A stretch of DNA of 64,000 bases. It comes from Tubulanus polymorphus. Its lineage: Eukaryota; Animalia; Nemertea. Under the pieces are notes generated by a model. The model was not told the origin of the DNA and made no database searches. It saw nothing but the letters and a program-made list of their open reading frames with translations. A program made the position numbers and the translations under genes. Below are positions 51,171-64,000 of this stretch, piece after piece. The stretch lies in assembly GCF_964204645.1 (NCBI RefSeq), contig NC_134032.1:15116275-15180274 (forward strand), written 5' to 3'. How positions within the stretch are numbered: the first letter of the stretch is position 1; every line of letters begins with the position of its first letter.

Positions 51171-53460
51171 ATGCCAAAAGCAAAAAAAAAATCCGTTGGC
51201 GGGCGCGGGCGGCCCGGGCCGCTGACGTCAAGTCCTTCGGTTCAAATTTACTGCTTTCATGCTAATTTATTCATACTATGTTAGAAAACAAGTGTAAAAA
51301 CAGGTAGAGTCAAAGTGTTCTGTTAAATAACACCGTTAATGAGACCAATGATAAACATGAACGAATTTGGTAACGTTTTGAATAAAATGGTATTTGAATT
51401 GAAGGATTCTAAAGCAATTTCACTTTCACTTCTCCTGGCACAATACAAATCCAAACAGCCTATTTTACCATTATGGCCTGTATTTTGACACTTGTTTTCT
51501 CCCAAATATGACGAGGCCATCGCAAAATAAAGCGGTCACGGTGTAGGATGTCCCATAAGTCACATTTATCATTGATTCTTTCCTGTATTTTACTCTTAAT
51601 TGTCGAAATTCAAGAAAAATGCTATATTCTATTTTATCATCTTATTTTAAAGTCTAATTAAGGGGGAGGGGGAAGGGGAGGGGGAAAGTTGACATAAAAA
51701 ACCTTGCATTAGAAATGCTTAAAAATTCAACCCTTAATGAATTTGACTAATTATGTTTATATTATTGTTGTTTCTAGGGTAGAGCTCCTCCTGCCTCAAG
51801 GCCGTCACCGCGGCTGACGCCCGTAAGTATAAATATTTCAATCAGTCAGTATCCTAAACTCCCATTCCCTCTTATATGTCTAAGGGAATTATGAGCAGCT
51901 TCAGCGCGTGCTGCCAAAATCTGAACATTCGACATGGTAACTATTAAAGTGTCTGCCATGCCGTGGTAGCCCTGACGGAGGCGCCACAGGTTCAGGCTCC
52001 TGGCCCGCGCAGGTCGCCCCGGAAAAAACCGTAGGGAAGTCGACTCACGGGAGGTTTGGGGCATCTACACATAAGAAAAGAAAACGTGCGGCTCCTCCCC
52101 AACAGCCAGATACTTCGGTGGAGTCGAGTGATGAGGAGTTGCCTACTGCACCTAGATCCTCACCGCCAGGGTCCTCACCACCAGCGCGACGACCTTCACC
52201 ACCACCAAAAACAACTGCTCCGGCGGGGGTAGAACACTCCCCCGTTGTAGAGCTCATGCGTGGCCCTGGCTGGTCAAGGATAATTGAGTTTGACGACCCA
52301 ATTACCTTGCTCTGCGACGTCGAAGGGGCATTCCAAGGGGAATATCAACTCATCAAGCGGAGGAGAACCCATTGATTTGGTAAGAGTACATAGGAAGCAG
52401 CTGAGCTGATGGTGATGGGGCTGGCGAGTGATCGAGTGGCCCGAGAGGTAGAGGTGGTGGCCTGGCATACCGATGGAGAGTGGGAGGAGCGTTAATTACC
52501 CCAATACCCGGGGGGCTCTTTACGGTTCATCTCACCGACAAATTTAATAGATTTGATGAATTCAGTTTGTCGCAGTGAAAATGCACGATTTAATCTTTAA
52601 AATCATTTTATTTTTCTAGAACACGACATTAGACGACACTATACCGCTGTCGCCCGTACGACCGGTAAGTTATAATTCTAGTTTGATGTTTTTCAGTACT
52701 GTAAGATGACAATGATGTATATCCCAAATAAATGTCTCATATTCGTGATCCTTAATAATTTTTCTTTTCATTTCAGCTGAAACTATAGCCAATGAATTGG
52801 CAAAGCAACAAGGAGAGTCTGAACAAGGCTACGAGGCAGCTACCCAACTTTGGGAAACAGTTATCAGCTGCACCAAAACGATAAATCCCACGCTGTCTCA
52901 ACAGCCTGAGGAGCCAGCTCCACTAACCCCTGAGTTGGCTCCTTCGCAGGTGGTGGACCCTGTTTCGCCGGTGCAGGTGTTTATAGGTGTTTATTTGTTG
53001 AATCGCTGGTTTTCTCGTTTTGATTTTTAATACTGATATTTAATTCTATGCTAAACAAATTTTTTATTTTTTCTCTTTACAGACACGACCACCGCCTAAA
53101 AAAACCAAAAGAAAAAGAAAAGTTGCGGTCGTCGTGGCTCCTCAGGGAGGGGAGGCAAGAGTAGCCCCTGCGGATCGTGCGGCTGACGAAGGTAATCGGG
53201 AGGAAGGGGAGGGGATAAATAGGAAGCGGCCGAGGAGGGATGGTGGTGGGGCTGGGGATGGTGCGGGTCCTGCTCCTCCTGCTCCTCCATCCGTATCTCG
53301 GGCGGTCACTCGTTCACTCGCCAAACAATGTTGTTCCAGCACTACAGCATTGATCAGAAAGAGTCCGAGGGCGGATGTATGGTGTCTCCTAGCCGGCGGC
53401 CATATTTATAGTGAAGCCAAGGTCAAATTGGCGGCCATATTGAGCAGGGGTGTTTTTTGA
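51171..53460 (+). pseudogene. Array unit 5: exon-1 splice donor damaged
   Basis: A 4-bp deletion turns TCG|gtaagttc into TCG|gttc at ~51240. Confidence 0.55.
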
Positions 53461-53855
53461 CTGTCGCAGCAAATTGCTTCTTTTAAATCTAGTAACATAG
53501 GTGTAATGTGGTCCACGATAACACGCTGTTGACAATCTAATTTTTCACTCTTCCAATATGGCCGCCATTGCAGACATGTACAATCTTATCCATTAATGAA
53601 TTAATTATAGTATTTTGAGTTTATCTTAATTTACATTTTTGAAGAGAAATCCATTAGTAGCCGAGGTGTCTGACTTGTACTCTACATTCTGTTGAGCGAT
53701 TGTTACTAGATTCACCTGTTTATTAGTTACTTTATGTTCAGTACTCTACTGAGTGAACCATATACAGGAATAATTGACTAAACTGTGCATGATTCATGTC
53801 TGATATAATAATCTATTTTCATATGATTTAATTGTTCTATTTATTTTTCTAGAAT

Positions 53856-56139
53856 ATGCCAAAAGCAAAAAAAAAATCGGTTTGTGGGCACGGGCGGCCC
53901 GGCCCGCTTACGTCAAGTCCTTCGGTTCAAATTTACTGCTTTCATGCTTATTTATTCATACTATGTTAGAAAACAAGTGTAAAAACAGGTAGAGTCAAAG
54001 TGTTCTGTTAAATAACACCGTTAATGAGACCAATGATAAACATGAACGAATTTGGTAACGTTTTGAATAAAATGGTATTTGAATTGAAGGATTCTAAAGC
54101 AATTTCACTTTCACTTCTCCTGGCACAATACAAATCCAAACAGCCTATTTTACCATTATGGCCTGTATTTTGACACTTGTTTTCTCCCAAATATGACGAG
54201 GCCATCGCAAAATAAAGCGGTCACGGTGTAGGATGTCCCATAAGTCACATTTATAATTGATTCTTTCCTGAATTTTACTCTTAATTGTTGAAATTCAAGA
54301 AAAATGCTATATTCTATTTTATCATCTTATTTTAAAGTCTAATTAAGGGGGAGGGGGAAGGGGAGGGGGAAAGTTGACATAAAAATCCTTGCATTAAAAA
54401 TGCTTAAAAATTCAACCCTTAATGAATTTGACTAATTATGTTTATATTATTGTTGTTTCTAGGGTAGAGCTCCTCCTGCCTCAAGGCCGTCACCGCGGCT
54501 GACGCCCGTAAGTATAAATATTTCAATCAGTCAGTATCCTAAACTCCCATTCCCTCTTATATGTCTAAGGGAATTATGAGCAGCTTCAGCGCGTGCTGCC
54601 AAAATCTGAACATTCGACATGGTAACTATTAAAGTGTCTGCCATGCCGTGGTAGCCCGGACGGAGGCGCCACAGGTTCAGGCTCCTGGCCCGCGCAGGTC
54701 GCCCCGGAAAAAACCGTAGGGAAGTCGACTCACGGGAGGTTTGGGGCATCTACACATAAGAAAAGAAAACGTGCGGCTCCTCCCCAACAGCCAGATACTT
54801 CGGTGGAGTCGAGTGATGAGGAGTTGCCTACTGCACCTAGATCCTCACCACCAGGGTCTTCACCACCAGCGCGATGACCTTCACCACCACCAAAAACAAC
54901 TGCTCCGGCCGGGGTAGAACCCTCCCCCGTTGTAGAGCTCGTGCGTGGCCCTGGCTGGTCAAGGATAATTGAGTTTGACGACCCAATTACCTTGCTCTGC
55001 GACGTTGAAGGGGCATTCCAAGGGGAATATCAACTCATCAAGCGGAGGAGAACCCATTGATTTGGTAAGAGTACATAGGAAGCAGCTGAGCTGATGGTGA
55101 TGGGGCTGGCGAGTGATCGAGTGGCCCGAGAGGTAGAGGTGGTGGCCTGGCATACCGATGGAGAGTGGGAGGAGCGTTAATTACCCCAATACCCGGGGGG
55201 CTCTTTACGGTTCATCTCACCGACAAATTTAATAGATTTGATGAATTCAGTTTGTCGCAGTGAAAATGCACGATTTAATCTTTAAAATCATTTTATTTTT
55301 CTAGAACACAACATTAGACGACACTATACCGCTGTCGCCCGTACGACCGGTAAGTTATAATTCTAGTTTGATGTTTTTCAGTACTGTAAGATGACAATGA
55401 TGTATATCCCAAATAAATGTCTCATATTCGTGATCCTTAATAATTTTTCTTTTCATTTCAGCTGAAACTATAGCCAATGAATTGGCAAAGCAACAAGGAG
55501 AGTCTGAACAAGGCTACGAGGCAGCTACCCAACTTTGGGAAACAGTTATCAGCTGCACCAAAACGATAAATCCCACGCTGTCTCAACAGCCTGAGGAGCC
55601 AGCTCCACTAACCCCTGAGTTGGCTCCTTCGCAGGTGGTGGACCCTGTTTCGCCGGTGCAGGTGTTTATAGGTGTTTATTTGTTGAATCGCTGATTTTCT
55701 CATTTTGATTTTTAATACTGATATTTAATTCTATGCTAAACAAATTTTTTATTTTTTCTCTTTACAGACACGACCACCGCCTAAAAAAACCAAAAGAAAA
55801 GTTGCGGTCGTCGTGGCTCCTCAGGGAGGGGAGGCAAGAGTAGCCCCTGCGGATGGTGCGGCTGACGAAGGTAATCGGGAGGAAGGGGAGGGGATAAATA
55901 GGAAGCGGCCGAGGAGGGATGGTGGTGGGGCTGGGGATGGTGCGGGTCCTGCTCCTCCTGCTCCTCCATCCGTATCTCGGGCGGTCACTCGTTCACTCGC
56001 CAAACAATGTTGTTCCAGCACTACAGCATTGATCAGAAAGAGTCCGAGGGCGGATGTATGGTGTCTCCAAGCCGGCGGCCATATTTATAGTGAAGCCAAG
56101 GTCAAATTGGCGGCCATATTGAGCAGGGGTGTTTTTTGA
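53856..56139 (+). pseudogene. Array unit 6: exon-1 splice donor damaged
   Basis: Same gtaa deletion at ~53925 as unit 5. Confidence 0.55.
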
Positions 56140-56534
56140 CTGTCGCAGCAAATTGCTTCTTTTAAATCTAGTAACATAGGTGTAATGTGGTCCACGATAA
56201 CACGCTGTTGACAATCTAATTTTTCACTCTTCCAATATGGCCGCCATTGCAGACATGTACAATCTTATCCATTAATGAATTAATTATAGTATTTTGAGTT
56301 TATCTTAATTTACATTTTTGAAGAGAAATCCATTAGTAGCCGAGGTGTCTGACTTGTACTCTACATTCTGTTGAGCGATTGTTACTAGATTCACCTGTTT
56401 ATTAGTTACTTTATGTTCAGTACTCTACTGAGTGAACCATATACAGGAATAATTGACTAAACTGTGCATGATTCATGTCTGATATAATAATCTATTTTCA
56501 TATGATTTAATTGTTCTATTTATTTTTCTAGAAT

Positions 56535-56682
56535 ATGCCAAAAGCAAAAAAAAATCAGTTTGTGGGCACGGGCGGCCCGGCCCGCTTACGTCAAGTCCTT
56601 CGGTAAGTTCAAATTTACTGCTTTCATGCTAATTTATTCATACTATATTAGAAAACAAGTGTAAAAACAGGTACAGTCAAAG
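56535..56682 (+). pseudogene. Array unit 7: exon 1 only, frameshifted, array ends
   Basis: The A-run in exon 1 is 9 rather than 10 nt; similarity to the unit stops at ~56682. Confidence 0.65.
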
Positions 56683-57161
56683 CCCCTGCTTGCAGAGATT
56701 TAATATTTCTAACCTGCATGATTTTTGTAATTCTTTTTATTGTTGATGGTGAAATAATTATCATTATTCTCTTTCTATTCGCTTTAAATCAAACTTTTCT
56801 AAATAATATTTTGCAAAAATCTACGCGAAGAAAGTTGGATATAGGTGGCGCTGTTTAACATGTACAGGTCGAGCTGCTATACGCGTCCCATGGAAAGTGA
56901 AAATAAATTTGTATTCATATTTATTTAAGAAGGATCTAAGATTCATCAGAGTGAGAAATACAAGCAGTGAAGAACCAATTAATTTAATGCACAATCATAT
57001 ATTTATATATAAACTATAGGAGTTTAAACCTTAATTTTCATATTTTTTCCTAAGTCCCTATTTTTCTAGCAATCATAAAAAGACAGCAGAAACAGCTGAA
57101 CAGAAAAACAACGGAAACAGCAGAACAAAAAAACATTGGAAACAGCTGAACAGATAACAAA

Positions 57162-57336
57162 ATTCACCTGACCGATGAGGAATCACCTGACCAGGCGGGG
57201 AATCACCTGACCAGGCGGGGAATCACCTGACCGGGCCGGGAATCACCTGACCGGGCGCGGAATCACCTGACCGGGCGGGGAATCACCTGACCGGGCGGGG
57301 AATCACCTGACTGGGTAGGGAATCACCTGACCGGGC
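57162..57336. repeat. 20-bp minisatellite x~8
   Basis: Unit AATCACCTGACCGGGCGGGG. Confidence 0.9.
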
Positions 57337-57420
57337 TGAAGCGGGGAGTTTTGAAAACTTGCATCTTTATTTTCTATACTCTGAAAAAAGATTGAAATAT
57401 TTCTACTTATCTTTTCTTTC

Positions 57421-58050
57421 ATGCTGCTCCTGCGAGTGTGGTGGTCTCAGTGGATGCTGCTCCTGCGAGTGTGGTGGTCCCAGTGGATGCTGCTCCTGCG
57501 AGTGTGGTGGTCCCAGTGGATGCTGCTCCTGCGAGTGTGGTGGTCTCAGTGGATGCTGCTCCTGCGAGTGTGGTGGTCCCAGTGGATGCTGCTCCTGCGA
57601 GTGTGGTGGTCTCAGTGGATGCTGCTCCTGCGAGTGTGGTGGTCTCAGTGGATGCTGCTCCTGCGAGTGTGGTGGTCCCAGTGGATGCTGCTCCTGCGAG
57701 TGTGGTGGTCTCAGTGGATGCTGCTCCTGCGAGTGTGGTGGTCTCAGTGGATGCTGCTCCTGCGAGTGTGGTGGTCCCAGTGGATGCTGCTCCTGCGAGT
57801 GTGGTGGTCCCAGTGGATGCTGCTCCTGCAAGTGTGGTGGTCCCAGTGGATGCTGCTCCTGCGAGTGTGGTGGTCTCAGTGGATGCTGCTCCTGAGAGTG
57901 TGGTGGTCTCAGTGGATGCTGCCCCTGCGAGTGTGGTGGTCCCAGTGGATGCTGCTCCTGCGAGTGTGGTGGTCTCAGTGGATGCTGCTCCTGAGAGTGT
58001 GGTGGTCTCAGTGGATGCTGCCCCTGCGAGTGTGGTGGTCCCAGTGGATG
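57421..58050. repeat. 33-bp minisatellite x~19
   Basis: Unit GATGCTGCTCCTGCGAGTGTGGTGGTCYCAGTG. Confidence 0.95.
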
Positions 58051-58639
58051 TTCCATGTTCTCAAGAGGAATGCCTGAAATCATAAAATTCAAATGTTATA
58101 AAAACCAGTTTGATTGATCTGAAAATTATGAAGCAAAGGTGGTCACAGGGGCGCGGTCCTAGTATTGTGTGACACTAAGGTAACGATTGAAACAGCATCA
58201 GCAGCTGCAGCAGCAGCAACATCAATGGTTTGAGATTTTGATGGGTGTAATGCTGGTGGTGGCGGTATCAGTCAGTGGAGAGTTGTAAAACCCTAAACTA
58301 ACAACATCTCACGGATTTGGTAACTTGTGACCTGTACGTGTTTTAGATGACATCATATCATCGGGTCTGTTCATTCTCATGTTGTGCAATAAATATCAGA
58401 TAGTTTTTAATCATCTTTGGTGATAACCTCTTTGGTTTAGTTTGTGATAGAGACCACACTCTGGTTACAGACAGTGATACAGACAGCTGAAGCGCACACG
58501 TGTCACTACAGTCGTATTAGTGAGATGCTGAAGAGGAAGTGACTGGATTCCGGGGATTCCCCTGCAGAAATTCATCGCGCATTAAACTCTTTCGCTGCAG
58601 GTGTAACGATTATATTGGAGCGCGGAAGGAGGTTGATGC

Positions 58640-58804
58640 GATCCTCGCTTGCCAGGGCCACCTTCGGTTATCTGAGTTAGTCGAAGTGAAACCGAATGTC
58701 CGTTAGTCGGAACTATAGTCCGGAAATAGTTCGAAAATCAAGCGCATTCGATTATTTGTTCCGACCACTAGTCGACTAGATACGAAAACCGAATTTGGCC
58801 CAGG
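58640..58804 (-). mobile_element. Second copy of the 3834-3983 MITE-like element
   Basis: Its reverse complement aligns by eye along the whole length (ctagtcgacta, cgaatgcgctt, ccggactatagttccgactaa, ggccctggcaagcgaggat). Confidence 0.65.
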
Positions 58805-58904
58805 GGTCTGGTATCGCTCAACGACTGACGTCATATATCAACTTGCGGAATACTTCCTTCCGCTGATCGCCGATTGGTCCATTTAACGGAATATCCAACT
58901 GACG

Positions 58905-59005
58905 GTTGTGACAAGCGCTGTGATTGGCCCGGTTCGAGAACAGATCAAAGCGCAGTGGGTTCGAATCCCTAGTGGGTGTCAAGATGAACTGAGGGTGGGA
59001 CAACT
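58905..59005 (+). mobile_element. Possible tRNA-derived SINE head
   Basis: B-box GGTTCGAATCCC at ~58958-58969 without a convincing cloverleaf. Confidence 0.3.
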
Positions 59006-60355
59006 TATAAAACAATGGCATAATCCACGACAAATTTTGGTGGTGATTGCAAATTTACTTCCTTTGTGCAACTTCTAAGCAAAGTCCTGATCCTTTCTAG
59101 AACATTAACTGCATTGAGATTTCCAGACAATAAATATGAATGGTTCCTTTTTGTTTATAGAATTATCAGCCTCGTCTTGTGAAAATGTGTGCCCCCTTTC
59201 TACCTATGGGATCAGACTATTATGAAAAGGGGCAGGACATTTTGAAGACAGTAGCACATGCGCGTGGAGCATCATACCGTCTGAATCCGGAGCCAGCCTA
59301 GTTTCGTTGTCAAACCACTTGCTTCCAGATAGGAAATTGCGCAACAAGTCTTCAACACCTTTCATTGAACAAGAAACAAACGGTTTTCAGGAATCCTAAT
59401 GAATATATGATTTAAATAACTTACTCTTGTCTGTTTTATCCGACCAAAAGGCGCTCATCGAGACATTCTTTCATTATAGTGCTTTCAACTGTTTTTTATA
59501 TACCTACAAAAGAATACAAAATATTGTATATTTCTAAATGAAATAAATGGAGCTTAAAACGACAAGAATTAAACAGTACCAATTAGTTCAATTGTAATTG
59601 TAAACAATTGGCCGAAACAGTTTTGTGAACAAATTTAAACCTAGATATTAACTGTTTAATTATGTGACCAATCGCAATTTAACTGAAAAGTTTAACAATT
59701 CACATTTCGAAAATGAACTTTTTGTTTTTAACTATTCGAGTCAAACTAAACCGACAACAGTTGAACCGGGTTCAGAAAAATGTAGTTAAAATGAAAAAGA
59801 GTTCGTGAAGCCTTTCTAAAATATATTTCTATCGGTTTGAACACTTACAGTTGTACCAAATGTAGAAGTTCCTGAGTTTCGGGAGCATTTTTCGCAGACG
59901 TGTTTGCTGTCTGGCTTCCAGTGGTCGAAAGGAATGTTGGATCAGGGTCGCGGTCCATCCATGCGTCCGTTGAACAATACCTGTCATATCCAATGGTAGC
60001 GTCGGAAATGGAATGCGCGCCGAGACCATTGTGAAAACAGTCGATCAGAATCGAACTGACCTGAACCTACATCCGGATACAATGGCAACAGTGGACCCAA
60101 CATACGAAATATATAGGTTATAATGGGTTATAGATCCACATACACGCTGTATGCTATTTTATAAACAGATGCTGTACTTTCTAGATAGAATAAATCAATT
60201 TCAAACATTTTTCAAATTCAGCATCTTTCTTAAGTCGATTTAATGAAAATGCGAGGTGGAGGTGAACAATTATTTTATACAAGACAAAACGTGAGACACG
60301 ATTAACATTGTGAATCGACCAGTCAAACTGTGGGACTGAAGTCCATTAATAACTG

Positions 60356-60774
60356 TTGAACTGAGTCCAGGTGGAACTGGCTCCAGAACTGTGGAACTGG
60401 GTCCAGGTGGAACTGGCTCCAGAACTGTGTCCAAGTGGAACTGGCTCCAGAACTGTGGAACTGGGTCCAGGTGGAACTGGCTCCAGAACTGTGTCCAGGT
60501 GGAACTGGCTCCAGAACTGTGGAACTGAGTCCAGGTGGAACTGGCTCCAGAACTGAGTCCAGGTGGAACTGGCTCCAGAACTGTGTCCAAGTGGAACTGG
60601 CTCCAGAACTGTGGGACTGAGTCCAGGTGGAACTGGCTCCAGAACTGTGGAACTGGATCCAGAACTGTGGAACTGGGTCCAGAACTGTGGAACTGAGTCC
60701 AGGTGGAACTGATCCAGAACTGTGAAACTCGAGTCCAGGTGGAACTGGCTCCAGAACTGTGGGACTGAGTCCAG
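60356..60774. repeat. Compound repeat of GAACTGTGGAACTGRGTCCAG / GTGGAACTGGCTCCA modules
   Basis: Directly visible; shares its core with the 38-bp satellite and the MITE terminus. Confidence 0.88.
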
Positions 60775-61296
60775 CATTAGTCCATGTTTTAGTTCCGCTT
60801 TCTATTGGACATCCCTGTACATGTTTTTTTCGGTAACCCAGTTTGTCTCTCGTACCCACTCAAATTCTAATGAAGACTTTATTGAACATTTTATTGCTAT
60901 CGATTTCGGCGATTAATATTCATACGATCTCTATTTCTATTCTATATATATATGGGTTCGGTACCCAGTTATAGAATAACCATGTTTTTCGCGACTGATG
61001 CCTCTAATAGATCTTTCTGGCCGACACTAAATATAAAGTGTTCCACTTAATGTCTTAGTAAATAGTAATGAGTAGTCCTGCGCCGCAGTAACGGCTATCC
61101 GTCAGGCCTTGTGGGATGTATCGTCACGGTTTCTAGAGGTTTTACATTTTTATCAAAAGTATCTTTAAAATTAGTCTGCTGGAACATGGGTCCATTCCTT
61201 GTGATTTATCCATTGATTAAACGCCGATCCAAACGAATCATAAGAAAGATATTATTCGAAACAAGCAGTTTTATTATATACCATAGAAAGAAAATA

Positions 61297-63062
61297 TGTG
61301 TTCCGTGGTACCCAGTGATTAAATACAAAATAACATGTGTTCCGTGGTACCCAGTGACAATCAAACAACATGTGTTCCGTGGTACCCAGTGACAATTAAA
61401 CAACTTGTGTTCCGTGGTACCCAGTGACAATTAAACAACTTGTGTTCCGTGGTACCCAGTGACAATTAAACAACTTGTGTTCTGTGGTACCCAGTGACAA
61501 TTAAACAACTTGTGTTCTGTTGTACCCAGTGACAATGAAATAACATGTTTTCCGTGGTACCCAGTGACAATTAAACAACTTGTGTTCTGTGGTACCCAGT
61601 GATTAAATATGAAATAACATGACATTGTGTTCTGTGGTACCCAGTGACAATCAAACAACTCGTGTTCTGTTGTACCCAGTGACAATGAAATAAAATGTGT
61701 TCCGTGGTACCCAGTGACAATTAAACAACTCATGTTCCGTGGTACCCAGTGACAATTAAACAACTTGTGTTCCGTGGTACCCAGTGACAATTAAACAACT
61801 TGTGTTCCGTGGTACCCAGTGACAATTAAACAACTTGTGTTCCGTGGTACCCAGTGACAATCAAACAACTTGTGTTCCGTGGTACCCAGTGACAATTAAA
61901 CAACTTGTGTTCCGTGGTACCCAGTGACAATTAAACAACTTGTGTTCCGTGGTACCCAGTGACAATTAAACAACTTGTGTTCCGTGGTACCCAGTGACAA
62001 TTAAACAACTTGTGTTCCGTGGTACCCAGTGACAATTAAACAACTTGTGTTCCGTGGTACCCAGTGACAATTAAACAACTTGTGTTCCGTGGTACCCAGT
62101 GACAATTAAACAACTTGTGTTCCGTGGTACCCAGTGACAATTAAACAACTTGTGTTCCGTGGTACCCAGTGACAATTAAACAACTTGTGTTCCGTGGTAC
62201 CCAGTGACAATTAAACAACTTGTGTTCCGTGGTACCCAGTGACAATTAAACAACTTGTGTTCCGTGGTACCCAGTGACAATTAAACAACTTGTGTTCTGT
62301 GGTACCCAGTGACAATTAAACAACTTGTGTTCTGTGGTACCCAGTGACAATCAAACAACTTGTGTTCTGTTGTACCCAGTGACAATGAAATAAAATGTGT
62401 TCCGTGGTACCCAGTGACAATTAAACAACTCATGTTCCGTGGTACCCAATGACAATTAAACAACTTGTGTTCTGTGGTACCCAGTGACAAGTTAACAACT
62501 TGTGTTCCGTGGTACCCAGTGACAATTAAACAACTTGTGTTCTGTGATACCCAGTGACAATTAAACAACTTGTGTTCCGTGGTACCCAGTGACAATTAAA
62601 CAACTTTTGTTCTGTGGTACCCAGTGACAATTAAACAACTTGTGTTCTGTGGTACCCAGTGACAATCAAACAACTTGTGTTCCGTGGTACCCAGTGACAA
62701 TTAAACAACTTGTGTTCTGTGGTACCCAGTGACAATTAAACAACTTGTGTTCCGTGGTACCCAGTGACAATTAAACAACTTGTGTTCTGTGGTACCTAGT
62801 GATTAAATATGAAATAACATGACATTGTGTTCTGTGGTACCCAGTGACAATTAAACAACTTGTGTTCTGTGGTACCCAGTGACAATCAAACAACTTGTGT
62901 TCCGTGGTACCCAGTGACAATTAAACAACTCATGTTCCGTGGTACCCAGTGACAATCAAACAACTCATGTTCCGTGGTACCCAGTGACAATCAAACAACT
63001 CATGTTCCGTGGTAACCGGTGACAATTAAACAACATGTGTTCTGTGGTAACCGGTGACAATT
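61297..63062. repeat. 35-bp satellite x~50
   Basis: Unit TGTGTTCCGTGGTACCCAGTGACAATTAAACAACT. Confidence 0.96.
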
Positions 63063-64000
63063 AAGTAGGCCTATCTCAGGTACTATAAGATTGTCTTTAT
63101 ATATATTATAGTACCTGAGATACCGGATGATTTAGTCTGGGCTACGGTTGACCCCCAAACTTAGTGGATTGTCCTCTCTATACAGCTACAGGGCTGAGAC
63201 ACATTTTACCCCAGTCTGTGGCACAGTATCACGATATTGATATGACATATTTATGATAGTATGTCAACATCTAAAAATATATATTTATGCTATTTTCAAG
63301 ATCAAACTGAAGTTGAACATCCAAGTGATGAAAAAAGTAATAAATTTCATTGATTGCATTTACCAGCAGTCAGCACACGCCAGTTGGTGGCAGTGCTATT
63401 GAATCTCTATCATAGCCTAAAATCTAAATGTAGAGTGATTTCAACAGTCTGGAACTTCTATTGGAAGCAGGCCTATGCCTATACCGATACAGCAACAACA
63501 TTCTCTTCATAATCGGGCCCTTTATGGACTGAGTGTGTAAAATGTATACTAATGCAGCCTCTAGCGTGTCAATCAATTGAATTGATATTGACAAGCTATC
63601 GGACGATTTTTGACAAGCTAGCGGACGATTCGCGCATTGGGGTATCAGCGACTGGGTATGAGCGGACACTTGTAAAGTACATATGAATCTCCTTATAACC
63701 GTAACCCTAGCATGCCAGAGTTGACTTACATTAGTGTATGGAAATCCCGCTAACAATGAGCATAGCGGCAGCACCGTACGGTAAAATGTTGATATCCTAT
63801 CAAAAGTAATTACTGACACTGATTCAGAGTTGTCCTGATGCTGAATAGAGGATGTACAGGGGTGTTCCGGGTTCGTACCAAGTAATTACTGATATTGGTT
63901 CAGAGTGGTCCTGATACTGAATAGAGGATGTACAGGTCACGTTCCTCCCTCGGCAGGTGGCACCCATCCCTTAAAGTGTACTAGTTCCAACGCCATAATT

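Larger units (their letters stand above)
39968..56682 (+). repeat. Head-to-tail array of ~2.69-kb gene-containing units (6 complete + 1 partial)
   Basis: The exon-1 ATG recurs at 40400, 43087, 45777, 48474, 51171, 53856 and 56535 (spacing 2679-2697 bp); identical ORFs recur in the ORF track with this period. Confidence 0.95.

Noticed and set aside
57359-58092. Metallothionein-like (CCSCECGG)n and other long ORFs
   Set aside because: A 33-bp repeat that is open in several frames at once; the Cys frame has internal TGA codons and there are no convincing splice or start signals.
58905-59005. Functional tRNA gene
   Set aside because: A B-box is present but I cannot build an acceptor stem or cloverleaf.
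60270-62595. Several 60-180-aa ORFs
   Set aside because: Translations of the compound repeat and the 35-bp satellite.
63424-63819. 131-aa minus-strand ORF
   Set aside because: Non-ATG start, no recognisable motif or splice support.

Overview
AT-rich eukaryotic (invertebrate metazoan-type) genomic DNA with spliceosomal introns and more than 25 distinct mini/microsatellite arrays; most entries in the ORF track are repeat artefacts. By reading splice sites I reconstruct an unannotated-looking 10-exon minus-strand gene (32342->19323, 347 aa). It has eight small exons of 30-69 nt, all nine introns are GT-AG, every junction is phase-compatible, and the product is a Pro/Ser-rich basic protein with NLS-like motifs that I cannot assign to a known family. 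The gene faces away from an inverted partial copy (38.2-39.96 kb) and a head-to-tail array of six complete plus one partial ~2.69-kb rearranged copies (39.97-56.68 kb). In the array, introns are nearly identical but micro-exons vary by amino-acid changes and in-frame indels, an alternative exon and a diverged paralogous terminal-exon fragment have been recruited, and only two units look intact. A 72-nt hairpin straddles the stop codon of both full terminal exons. Other elements: an 847-bp foldback transposon (380-bp TIRs, 7-bp TSD, P/Galileo-like), Harbinger-like MITEs whose terminal motif reappears in two satellites, a tRNA-derived SINE, a Penelope GIY-YIG fragment and a second minus-strand exon/intron cassette repeated at 6.6-7.2 and 10.6 kb. 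All coordinates and comparisons were made by eye.
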